The notes under the pieces are model-generated. The model saw only the letters and a program-made list of their open reading frames with translations. It was not told where the DNA came from and made no database searches. A stretch of 64,000 nucleotides of DNA. Source: Chrysemys picta bellii. Taxonomy: Eukaryota. The position numbers and the translations under genes were made by a program. The DNA lies in the NCBI RefSeq assembly GCF_011386835.1, contig NC_088810.1, positions 11,966,001 through 12,030,000 of the forward strand, given 5' to 3'. Below, one piece after another: positions 35,101-45,500 of the stretch; position 1 is the stretch's first letter, and each line of letters starts with the position of its first letter.

Positions 35101-38100
35101 TCCCTGCCTGCCCTGCCCCAGAGTGTTGGGAAAGCCAATCTACCCTGGGGTCATGTCACGGACTCTCATGCCCCGTGCTCTCTCGGCTCTGTAAGGTCCC
35201 TGGGAGGAGCTCCTCTCAGCGTGACAGCCCTTCTTGTGGGTCCACACACTCTTCAGGGATTAAGCCCTGCGCTCCAGCGCCTCTTGGACCTGCACCTCTC
35301 TGAACCTTCCGCTCGCCCATGTCTCGCCATGGACCCCAGGGCCTCCACACCCAGAGAGAGCAATGCAACCCCGATCTCTACCCTGCAGTGACTCCCAGCC
35401 AACGTAATACAGGAGGGTTTATTGAGCATCTGAATCCAGCACAGGCAGTTCTCAGGGCTCTTGAGCCTAGCCAGTCTCAGTCCTGTGGGCTCAGGCTGCT
35501 CTTTGTCCCCAGCCCAGCAGCCCCCTGGCTGGAACCCAGCCACAGGGGTCCTCTCTCCTCAGCCCATTGTCCTTCCACAGGCCAGAATCGGCTGACTGCC
35601 AAGCTGGGGGGACCTACCAGTCACTAGGGGACCCAATCTCCAGGCAGTTGTCGGGGTCCTGACTGCCAGGCGAGGTAACACCTGCTCCTCTCCAGCAACA
35701 AACTCCCTCCCACCACCTCATTAAACACGTAGCACACAGGGGAACTGAGCCACAGACAGCATTCATGCAAGACACTAAGAAAATCCCCCCGCTTCATCAT
35801 AGGTCACTCTACTGTCTCTGTGTAACCCCCCACTCAGAGCACCCAGCACTCGCCCTGCCACAGCACTGTCCAGCCTGTAGCCCGCCGGACCTCGCCATCC
35901 ACTTCTGTGCCCACCGCTCAAGGATGAGGATAAATTGGAGGGGGACCAGAGAAGGGTTCAAGGGTTAGAAAACCCGCCTGAGAACGACAGATGGAAGCCT
36001 GGTCTGCACTACTCGGTTAGGTCGACATAGGCTGCGTTGGGTCGACCTAGCCGCGGAAGTGTCATCCCTAAGCCCTGGGCGATCAAAGGTAGCCAGCTTA
36101 CGTGGGCACACAGTCGCTGTTCAGTAACTGCAGCAGCCATGTGCCAACATAAGTTAGATCAATGTCATTTTGTAGCATAGCCGCAGCTTGAGTCTATAGC
36201 TTAACGAAGGGAAGGTGAAGGGGTGACTTATCCCAGTCTGTGAGTGTCTACGTGGGGGAGGAATGTGACATCCTGGGCTCTGCCACCACGCAAGGGCTGG
36301 AAGGTGAAGCTAGTCCAGGGCAGCCTGGAAATGAGGCATACGGTGCGAGTAAGTAATCATTGGAAGGATTTCCCAAGGAGCGGGGGCATTTGCTGTCACC
36401 AACAACTTGTAGAACAAGGTGGGAGGTTTTTTTAAACACCTGTTTGTCATGGGTGCATAGGATCGGGGCTCCCACATTAGAACTGTCCCTGGGAGGAGCC
36501 CCTGCGATGCACCATACACCCAGCGACTTGCTCTTTCGTCAGGGTCAGCTGCAGCCTAGGAAGGCCTTAGGCTGGCGCAGAGAGCTCAGGGTTCAAACAT
36601 AGCCAGGCCAAGCCTGTGACGAAGTGAGAATTTTCCCTTGTTATGTTGTATGAGAGTCTTACTGTTCTGCATGAATGCTGTGTGTGCCTCGATTTCCCTG
36701 TGCATTGCACCAGTGTCTAGGTGGTGGGAATAAGGGTGTGTCACTTTTGTGGGGGCTGATCTAGCTGCCTGCAGGAATGCTATGGCTGCCCCTTCGTAAC
36801 CTGAGACCCAGGAGAGGGATACAACCAGGTGACTCTTGGCCCGGGGACGTGAGACAAAGGCTGGAGGAGGAGCAGTGGCAGGGCAGGGGCCAGGCAGCTG
36901 GAAGTCCCTCTCGTCTGGGCTGGCTTGGGGTGGGGGGGGACAGGACCAGAGCCCTGACTCTGGGCTCCCCTTCCCCCAAGATGGATTTGGCTGAAAGTCA
37001 TGGATTTCTGTGCTAACAATTTCTGTTCTACGCTGTGTTGCTGTCAACTAATAAACCTGTTTTACGGGCTGGCTGAGAGTCACGTCTGACTGAAGTTGGG
37101 GTGCTGGACCCTCTGGCTGCCGCAGGAGCCCCGCCCAGGCGGACTTGCTGTGGGAAGTGCATGGTGTGGAAGGGGATGCTGAATGCTCCGAGGTCAGACC
37201 CAGGAAGGTGGAAGCTGTGTAAGCTTCTTGCCTTGGAGACAGTCTGCTCCAAGAGAGGAGGCTCCCCCAGAGTCCTGACTGGCTTCGTAGGGAGTAGTTC
37301 CAGAGCATCACCTGGTGACTCCATGACAAACCCCAAGCCCAGCCACATTGTAATGAACCCCACATTCCAAGCCTGTCTGTCTGAACATCCAACTGACTTG
37401 GTCAGGTCCCAGGGAGAGCCCCCAGACCCTTCCAGCAGCTCTATTCCCCCCACCTCGCACTTTCCCTGTCCTCTGTTCTCCAGCTGGGTCTCTGCTCTGC
37501 TCCCTGTGGAGATTTCAGAGTAGCAGCCGTGTTAGTCTGTAACCGCAAAAAGAACAGGAGTACTTGTGGCACCTTAGAGACTAACAAATTTATTAGAGCA
37601 TAAGCTTTCGTGGACTACAGCCCACTTCTTTGGATGCATCCCTGTGGAGAGGTGGGGAAATTCCACTCTGGGGCGCAGCCGCGTCCTGCTGACGGCTTGC
37701 CATTGTCTTCTATGCTTTTCCATTGATACAGGGCCTGCCTTGGCCAGTCCTTTTGAAGGATCTGGACTCCCTTCATACCTTTGTCTCCTCTCCCAGCCCA
37801 CCCTGAGAGCAAACGAGCCTTTTCCGCTGTCATGGAGTCACAGTTTGGTTGCTCTGGAACTGATCTGTATGAGGGTCAGCCCAGACTCTGGTGTAACAAG
37901 TCTCTCTGCAGGGGCCCTTCCACCAGAGCAAGAAGCATCTTCAGCTTCGGCATTTCCTGGAGCCGATCTCGGAGAGTTCAGCCCCCTGTTGACCCTGTGA
38001 GCTCCCTGCTGTGAGTCCACCTGGAAGGGACACCTGGGGACCCAAACCCCCCCCAAAGGGCCCTGCACCCCCACTCCGCAGTCACAGGGACTCAGCCAGA

Positions 38101-41100
38101 AGCGTGACACAGGAGGTTTATTCATCAATGGGAACACAGCGTAGGACAGATCTTGTTAGCACAGAAATCAGGAATGTTGTTTCAATAGAGTCCATGGGGG
38201 GGGGGGGGGGCAGAGCCCTAGGCTCTACCACCCCACCCCCAGTCCCAAACCAGGAGACTGACCCTTTCAGCTGCCCATTGTCCCCTCTCCTTCCTTTGTC
38301 TCTTTCCTGGGCCAGCAGGTCCCCCTGGTCTTGCACCAGCACCTCAGGCTGGTTCTTGCAGAGAAGGGGAACTGGCCATCAGTTGCCAGGATACAAGGTG
38401 CAGCCCACCAGCAGTCACACCTGCCCTCTAGGGGTCTTTGCAACGATCACACCCCCTTATCCCACCACCTAGATACTTGAGTAGTATATAGGGCAGGGGT
38501 GGGCAAACATTTTGGCCTAAGGGCCACATCTGGGTATGAAAATTGTAGGGCGGCCTATGAATACTCACGAAATTGGGGTTGGGGTGTGGGAGGGGGCAAG
38601 GGGTCCGGTTGAGGGGGTGGGCTCTGGGGTGGGCCCAGAAATGAGGAGTTCAGGTTGCGAGTGGGGGCCCCAGGCTGGGGCAGGGGGTTGGGATGCGGAA
38701 GTGGGGGAGGGCTCTGGTTGGAAGTGTGGGCTCTGGGGTGGGGCCAAGGATGAAGGGCTTGGGGTGCAGAAGGAGGCTGGGGGTGGAGCAGAGGGGTTTG
38801 GAGTATGGGAGGAGGCTCTGGGCTGGGGATGAGTGGTTTGGGGTGTAGGAGGGGGCTCTGGGCTGGGACTGAGGAGTTTGGAGGGCGGGAGGGGGATCAG
38901 GGCTGGGGTAGGGGGCTGGGGCACATGAGGTAGTACGGGGTGCAGGCTCCAGGTGGTGCTTACCTCAACCAGCTCCCGGAAGTAGCGGCATGTCCCTTCT
39001 CCGGCTCCTACGCGGAGGCGCAGCACCAGCCAGGTAGCTCTGTATGCTGCCTCATCTGCAGGTGCCTCCCTTGTGGCCAATGGGAGCTGCAGAGCCGGCG
39101 CTTGGGGCGGGGGAAGCATGCGGAGCTCCCTGGAGGGACATGCGCGGAGTGGGGCAAGCTCCTGCTCCCCGGTGGGAGCTCAAGGGCCGGATTAAAAGGT
39201 GTAACAGGCTGGTTGCGGCCCATGGGCTGTAGTTTACCCACCCCAAAAAAGGGGAAGCTGAGACACACACAGTATTCAGAGAAAACATTAAGAATGTTCC
39301 CATTTTGTCCCAACCCCCCACCGGGTAACAATGCATCATATAGGGGAAACAGAGGCACACATCGTCATAAAAATATGACAGAAAATTCCCCTGTTGCCAC
39401 GCAGCTCAAGGAATTCTGCAGTGCAGGTGTCGGGTTGTGTTACACAGACGGCCAGAGTAGGTGATCACTACGGTCCCTTCTGGCCTTGGGATCTAGGAAT
39501 CTGTAGCAACTCTTAGCTCCGCATAAGCAACCCCATGTCTGTGAGTCCCTCCCTTGTCCAGCTTGGGCCCCTGGGTTGGGCTTCCTGTTGCAGGTGAGCA
39601 GCTGACAGCGGGTTTCCCCTCGGGCTGCTCTGGAGGGTGCCTTCCCCGCCACCTGAGCGTCTCCTAGGCACCCCCAAGCTGGGGTTGGCTGGCCTGTTGG
39701 TTTGGAGAGCGCCTTGAAGCTTGTAGCATTTCCCAGGGTTGCCATCAGGTGCGTCTCCCAGCGAAATCACAGACGATCCCGTGGTGACACACAAACGTTT
39801 GTGTTTTTAATGCAGTGAGCTCTGGCGATACTTAATGTTATTCCAGGATATTGCAGGCAATGCCCCTTCATCGGCACACTCCTCCCCTTATTCCTGCAGG
39901 GCGATGGGGTGTGCATGGCACGTCCTGGCGTTGGACTGCTGCCAAGTGCAGTGGCATGGAGGAGCGGAGATGCTGCTGCGTTCCCAGCGCCTGCTGTCCA
40001 GACAGAAATGAGATCTGGCCCGGAGTGGGCACTAGGACCCTCTGCTCTTCGCCAAGGGATGGGGCACCCCCTGGAGGTGCCCTTCCTGAGTGCTAAGCCA
40101 GCTGTGGGGCAGAACCCCATAGCTGTCCACGTTCTGGGGCAGCTGGCATCTGCTGCCACCCCCTCCAGCACACCACAGCCTGAGGGAGATGGAGGAGGAG
40201 CTGCAGAGAGGTGGAGCTCCCAGGATGCTTGGCAGGGAATGGGACCGGCGGAACGTCCTGGCTCCCAGGATTCTCGGCGGGGAGCGGGACCGGTGGAGCA
40301 GCCCATCTCCCAGGATGCTCAGTGGGCAGCAGGACCATCGGAGCGCCCCATCTTGCAGGATGCTCGGTGGGCAGCGGGACCGGCGGAGCGGCCCGGCTCG
40401 CAGGATTCTCGGCGGGGAGCAGGACCGGCAGAGCAGCCCATCTCCCAGGATGCTCGGCGGGCAGCAGAACTGGCGGAGTGGCCCGTCTTGGAGGATGCTC
40501 GGCGGGCAGCGGGACCGGCGGAGCGGCCCGGCTCTCGGGATGCTCGGCGGGCAGCGGAACCGGCGGAGTGGCCCGGCTCTCGGGATGCTCGGCGGGCAGC
40601 GGGACCGGCGGAGCGGCCCGTCTTGGAGGATGCTCGGCGGGCAGCAGGACTGGCGGAGCGGCCCGGCTCTCGGGATGCTCGGCGGGCAGCGGGACCCGCG
40701 GAGCGGCACGGCTCTCGGGATGCTCGGCGGGCAGCGGGACCCGCGGAGCGGCACGGCTCTCGGGATGCTCGGCGGGCAGCGGGACCCGCGGAGCGGCCCG
40801 TCTTGGAGGATGCTCGGCGGGCAGCGGGACCGGCGGAGCGGCCCGGCTCTCGGGATGCTCGGTGGGCAGCGGGACCCGCGGAGCGGCACGGTTCCCGGGA
40901 TGCTCAGTGGGGAGCCTGGGCAGTGGGTGTGGCACAGCACATACCTAAAGAGACCGAGCAGCCTTCCAAGCCTCAGCCGTGGCAAGACAGAGCTGCCACG
41001 AAGCCAGAGGCGACCCCCAGCTGGAGGAGGAGAGGCAGGAAGGGGGAGTCATCCATCCACAGTGCCCTGGGGCAGGTGCAGTACCCAGAGAGAGCCTGGC

Positions 41101-42203
41101 TGTGGGGAGTGGGATGGGGGCGTGGGCTGTGGAGGGAGCTCCTCTCCCACCAGGGGGCACTGTGGGGGGCAGGAGTGTGTGGGGAGCACCTGGCCTCCCA
41201 GCAGAGGAGGATGGGGCAGGGGTGCTGGCTGTGGGGAGTGGGGTGGGGTGGGGTGCTGGCAGGGTAGGGGAGCAGGTTTGGGGTGCAGGCTGCAGGGAGC
41301 ATGATGGTGGTGCGGGCTGGGGGTGCAGAGAGCAGGGCAAGTGACCTCCCGTATCTCTCTCTCTCCCAGGTGATCTCTGAGAGGCTGTTCTCCCCCCCGG
41401 CATCCCACCTCCCCACCAGGGGACGCCAGTCAGGGGAGGGAGCAGTCTCCCCTCCAGAGCAGAGTGCAGCAGAGGAGCTCCTGGCCCCTGGCTCCCAGCA
41501 CCCACAGCTGCTGCAGCTGGCGGTTCAGCTGCTAGAGGAGGCGGAGGGTGAGGGGGTGCAGGGGGTGGCTGGCAGCCTGGGTAGGAGAGAGAGAGCTGGT
41601 GGGGTGGGGGCTCAGGAAGTGGCAGCAGGAAGTGGGAGATCTGCTCAGGTCTCATTTCAGGCTGTGGGGGGAAGGGGCTCTGAGCAGGGCTAGGGAGGGA
41701 TCTAGCCAGGGTCCCAGTGGAGGTGGGGGCTGGGGGGAACTGGATGGGATCTTGGGGGTGGGGGATCTTGCTGGGGTCTGAGCAGGGGTGGGGCAGGGGG
41801 TGTGAGTGGGGGCAGGTGGGATTTGGGGGGACCTGGCTGGGGTGTAAGTGGGGGCAGGTGGGATTTGGGGAGACTTGGCTGGGGTGTGAGCCGTGCTCTC
41901 TCTGTCGCCCCCAGAATCAGATGGCACTGAGTTCGAGGAGGATCCACTGCTGGAGGTGCTGCGGGTCCAGCGGGAGGATCTGCGCAGCCAGCTCCGGTAA
42001 TTACCCAGCGCAACACTAGGGAGTGCTGTGGGGCAGGGCAGAGGATGGCTGCTGTCCCCATGGGCCTGCCCAGCTCAGAGATGCAGCTGTCTGGGGCACA
42101 CTCAGTGCTAATTTGTGCTCTCTCACTCCCCAGGGCCGTCGACATCGCAGTGTCCAGGCTCGTGTCTCAGGGCTTGGCTGAGCCGCCCGGCCGCCCCTGC
42201 TGA
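32133..42203 (+). CDS. PROSER3: Proline and serine rich 3 (C19orf55). Coding exons 32133-32143, 32469-32577, 32933-33210, 33416-33558, 33670-33734, 34168-34256, 34496-34626, 34828-35009, 39900-41075, 41370-41547, 41915-41996, 42134-42203 (2514 nt, about 837 aa)
   Basis: Conserved PROSER3 blocks: LFSVQGSPF..RSHY, GESIIAKYIERFRHGQPRSR..EFWWL, SLQERATRLL, RPEDDILFQWRLRRKMEQA, LGQVISERLF and ESDGTEFEEDPLLEVLR. Phases are consistent throughout. The exon-2 donor (GTCCGG) is weak and the start is inferred from homology (11-nt ATGGAGTCCAG exon). Confidence 0.9.
35154..35801 (-). mobile_element. Solo LTR with perfect 5-bp TSD
   Basis: Related to the 9302/36615 LTR family. GGTCA flanks both ends (35149-35153, 35802-35806). 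Confidence 0.7.
36615..37328 (+). mobile_element. Solo LTR (sense to PROSER3), 714 bp
   Basis: TG...CA termini, AATAAA at 37050-37055, flanks AAGCC/AACCC (4 of 5 match). Confidence 0.82.
37513..37638 (-). mobile_element. 126-bp Penelope pseudo-LTR terminal fragment with 12-bp TSD
   Basis: Same terminal sequence as the 27516-31640 element. TCCCTGTGGAGA at 37501-37512 and 37639-37650. Confidence 0.85.
37828..39312 (-). mobile_element. Older related solo LTR, interrupted by a hAT MITE
   Basis: Starts TGTCATGGAGTCAC and shares GGTTTATT..CTTGTTAGCACAGAAATC with the other LTRs. Resumes after 39246. Confidence 0.65.
38494..39246. mobile_element. hAT-type MITE (CAGGGGTGGGCAAAC termini)
   Basis: Left TIR intact, right end degenerate (GTAGTTTACCCACCCC). 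Same terminal family as 47694-48406. Confidence 0.7.
40215..40910 (+). repeat. Coding 45-bp minisatellite (about 15.5 copies) in PROSER3 exon 9
   Basis: Unit encodes GSRDARRAAGPAERP and variants. 15 full units at 40215-40889 plus a partial unit. Confidence 0.95.
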
Positions 42204-42593
42204 GGGTCTCTGGGTCTCCCTCCCTCCAGGCCCTGCTCTGTCTGGAATCAGCCTTGGGGGGCCGTTAACAATATCCTGAGCCAGGGCGACTAGCTGTGAG
42301 TCCACGTGCCCCCATCTCAGGGCCGAGTCAGCCCAGAGCCAGAGGTGGGCGAATCTGCCAGCTCCCCTCAGGCCAGCTAGGCTACCTAGCGCCGCCTGCA
42401 CCTCGCGCCCCTTGGGGGAGGGTCATTGGCTCATTGGGGGCACAGGAGGGAGCGGGGCGGGAGTGCTGGCTGTGGGTGGAGTTCCCAGCCCCCCGGCCTG
42501 GCCCAGCGGGGGGTGCTCTAGGGCACAGGTGTGCCTGGGGGAGCTGTTCCCTGGCCAGGTGTGGATGGTTTTTGCTGTTTTCTTAGGCAATGT

Positions 42594-42599
42594 AATAAA
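42594..42599 (+). terminator. PROSER3 polyadenylation signal AATAAA
   Basis: AATAAA about 390 nt after the stop codon. Confidence 0.7.
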
Positions 42600-45500
42600 A
42601 GTGGGTTTGCTAATTGGCATGGGATGGGCTTGTCTGCAGCCGGCTCTGTGATGTGGAACTGGGGTCTAGGGGGTGCCAGCTCCCGTCCGGCCCCATGATG
42701 GGGGGCTGGCTGGCTCAGGGGGGCAGGACAGGGGGACCTACAGCCCCCTACCGTCCAAGCCTCCCCTCTAGAGGGCACTGGCTCCCATCTGGCCCATGGC
42801 GGGGGGCTGGCTGGCTCAGGGGGGTAGGGAATGTGGCAGGGGGCCTTTCCTCTCTAGGGAGTTTGCCCCCCCCCCCCCCCCGAAAGAGCTGGTGCTCCCT
42901 AGTGGGGAAGCCCCATGCCTCATCCTGTACCGCCTCCCAGCCCCCTGTGCCCAACTCTGCCTCTCCCTGGCCTGGGGCCAGCGCCTGTGTCAGGCCGGCA
43001 AGTGCCGGCTCCTGGCTCCCCCGGCCCCTCATAATCAGCCTTTTGTGTGTCCAGTCCTCAATAGCGGTGTGTGTGTGCTGCCCACCCCACGGCCCCCACC
43101 CCACAGGGCACCGCAAAGCTACTGCATCCTGGAACTGGTTAGTGGGGCGCTAACTGAGGGGGCTGTGAGACACTGCCTCAGCTGGGGGTGTACCCCACTG
43201 CCCCCTGTTGGAGAGTGGGGTGTGTACACATACACACACCTCACTCCCTTCTGCTGGTTGGGATACCAGCTGCATTGCTGTGTGTCCTGCACCCTGTCCC
43301 ACTGGCAGCAGAGGGGAATTCTCCTCTGCTCCAGCCACCTCCAGTCCAGCAGAGTGATCCCTTCCCCCCAGCACTCTGGGGCTGGGCCCAGCTCGGCCCC
43401 GTGCTCAGGAAGTGAATGTGAGCTGGAGGCTAAATCGGGCTCCCAGCTCTTCGGCCCCAGCAGCCTGCAAACAGGAAGTGGGAGCCAGCAGCATTGGGGA
43501 GGGGGTGGGGGCAATTCCTGTCCCCACGGCTACTGGGGGGAGAAGGACAGGGGGACCTACAGCCCCCTGCCGTCCAAGCCTCCCCAGCCCTGCTGGTGCC
43601 CCTCAATCCCAACCCTCAGCACCCATTGGTGTTCTAACTTGGGGGGACTGGCTGGCTGCTGGGGGAGGAGGGGAGCTTTCCCTCTAGGGACGCCAGCCCC
43701 GATCCGGCCCCAGGGTGGGGGCTGGAAAGTTCGGTCCCATGTGCTGATGCTGCTTGTTGCCCCCAGCCCTCCATTGTGCGTGCTGCCCTGGGCAGCTCCC
43801 TGCAGGCAGCCTAGGAGGAACCGATCAGCAACTCGACTTCCCCTTTTAGCAGTGCAACAACGTGGTTTAACCTGCGGGTTCCAGCTTCCTGCGCTGGGCG
43901 GCCCGAGGCAGTGCAGATTCACTGCTCTGCCAGAGCCCCCAGGCCCCACGCTGGAGCCCCCCGCAGCCCCGGACATGGGCTCTGAGCCCCCACAGGTAGG
44001 GGGACCTGGGGGGATCCCACTAGTGCCCTGGACGCCTGGGTCCCATGGGCTCAGCAGCGCCTACTGCAGAGTCCCCTGGGGGCGGAGACACCACCTGAGT
44101 CCGAGGGATCCCGGCGCGCTTGTTCAGTGTGGGCCTTCCCGCTCTGTCGCTTCCCGGCTCGCTCCCTGCTTGCTTGGGCTGCCACCTGCACCCATTTGCA
44201 CTGGCTGCCCGAGAGACTCTGGCTGCCCAGCGGGGCAGTGCCTGGTTGGTCTCCTGCCCCTCCCCACATGCCTTCTGCCCTGGGACTCTCACTGGGTCAG
44301 TGCCTGGCTGGCCTCCTTCCCATGCAGTCCTTCGCTCCCTTCTTGCACATGCCCCCTCCTGCCACCCTACCACCTACCCCCTCCATCTGTCCACCCGCGT
44401 CTCCCCATGCGCCCCATACATCTGCCCCTCCTCAAGCACCCCCACCATCCATCCACGCGCCCACTCCACCTTTGCGAGCTGGTGGGGGACGGGACTGACC
44501 CCAGAGGTCTGAAAAGGGAAACATCGCATCTGTCTGTGCATAGGGACAACCCAGGAGCTCCTAAACCACGCGGGGAGAGAGAATGGACACTCTCATTGGC
44601 CCTTAGCAGGTGGGGCATCCAGCGCACATGGATTTGTCCAGAACAAATCATGTCCCTGACCCACTCTCCTCGGATAGGGCCCAGCCTTGGGGCAAGGGCG
44701 GCGGTTGATCTGAGCTATCTCCCCTTCAGTGAGGCTGTTGATATTGTTCCACGTGACCTGCTGAGCAAACCAGGGCCATGCAGCCTCACCGAGCCTGCTA
44801 GGGGGCAGGTGCCCATTCCCAGGGAGTCGTGTGAGTGGTTGGCAGTGAGTGGGGCCCGCCAGGATCAGGCCTGGCTCCAGTTCTGGGCAGTATCTTCATC
44901 AGGGACTGGGCTAATGACAGCTTGTAGCGTTTGTGGACAGTACCCAGCCAGGTGGGGCACAAGTGCTTTGGGGGATAGGATTCGAAACCCAAGTGATCTG
45001 GAGAAATGGCCTGGGAGCCACCGGATGAAATTCACGGAGGTCACGTGGAAAATACAAGGCTAAGGCAGGTCGATGCAATGCTGCCTGGTGCCACTGAGCC
45101 GACCGGAGAGCTATGCGGCACCTCCGTGAGAGAGGTAGCGACATCCCTGGGAAGCACCCTCGGGTCGCCAGGGTGCCGTATGCACTGGGGTTAGGCTGGT
45201 GCAGCTGTCGCTCGGGTGGGGGGGAGTTCACACCCTGAGCGGCGTGGTTCTACCACTGCACAATTTGAATGTAGCCCTGGTCTGAGGGGGGAACCACTGC
45301 CCAGATCCCAGCTGGTGCTGCTAGTCTAGGAGAGTCTGCCAGAGAAGGAGCTGGGTGGAGAGTGGGTCACAAACTAGAGATGAGTCACCAGAGTAATACT
45401 AGTACCAAGACAGCCCGTCATTCTGGCTGGGTCAGCAGGGGCCTGGGAGCCAGACAGGAGCAGCCCTGTGGCTGCGCTGAGGAGGCCTCGGTTGGCGTCC

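Noticed and set aside
9302-37328. Inverted LTR pair (9302 minus, 36615 plus) as the cause of the LIN37-HSPB6 inversion
   Set aside because: The second LTR is inside PROSER3 intron 8, and PROSER3 exons on both sides of it are colinear, so it cannot be the breakpoint.
40215-40910. Regularly spaced repeats resembling a CRISPR array (also 11860-12195 and 54330-54910)
   Set aside because: Units are contiguous with no unique spacers, there are no cas genes, and the context is a spliced vertebrate locus.
40032-41304. Long overlapping ORFs in several frames and on both strands (317, 280, 371, 245 aa) over the PROSER3 repeat
   Set aside because: The GC-rich 45-bp unit has few stops in any frame. Only the frame starting at 39900 matches the splice phases and the PROSER3 flanks.
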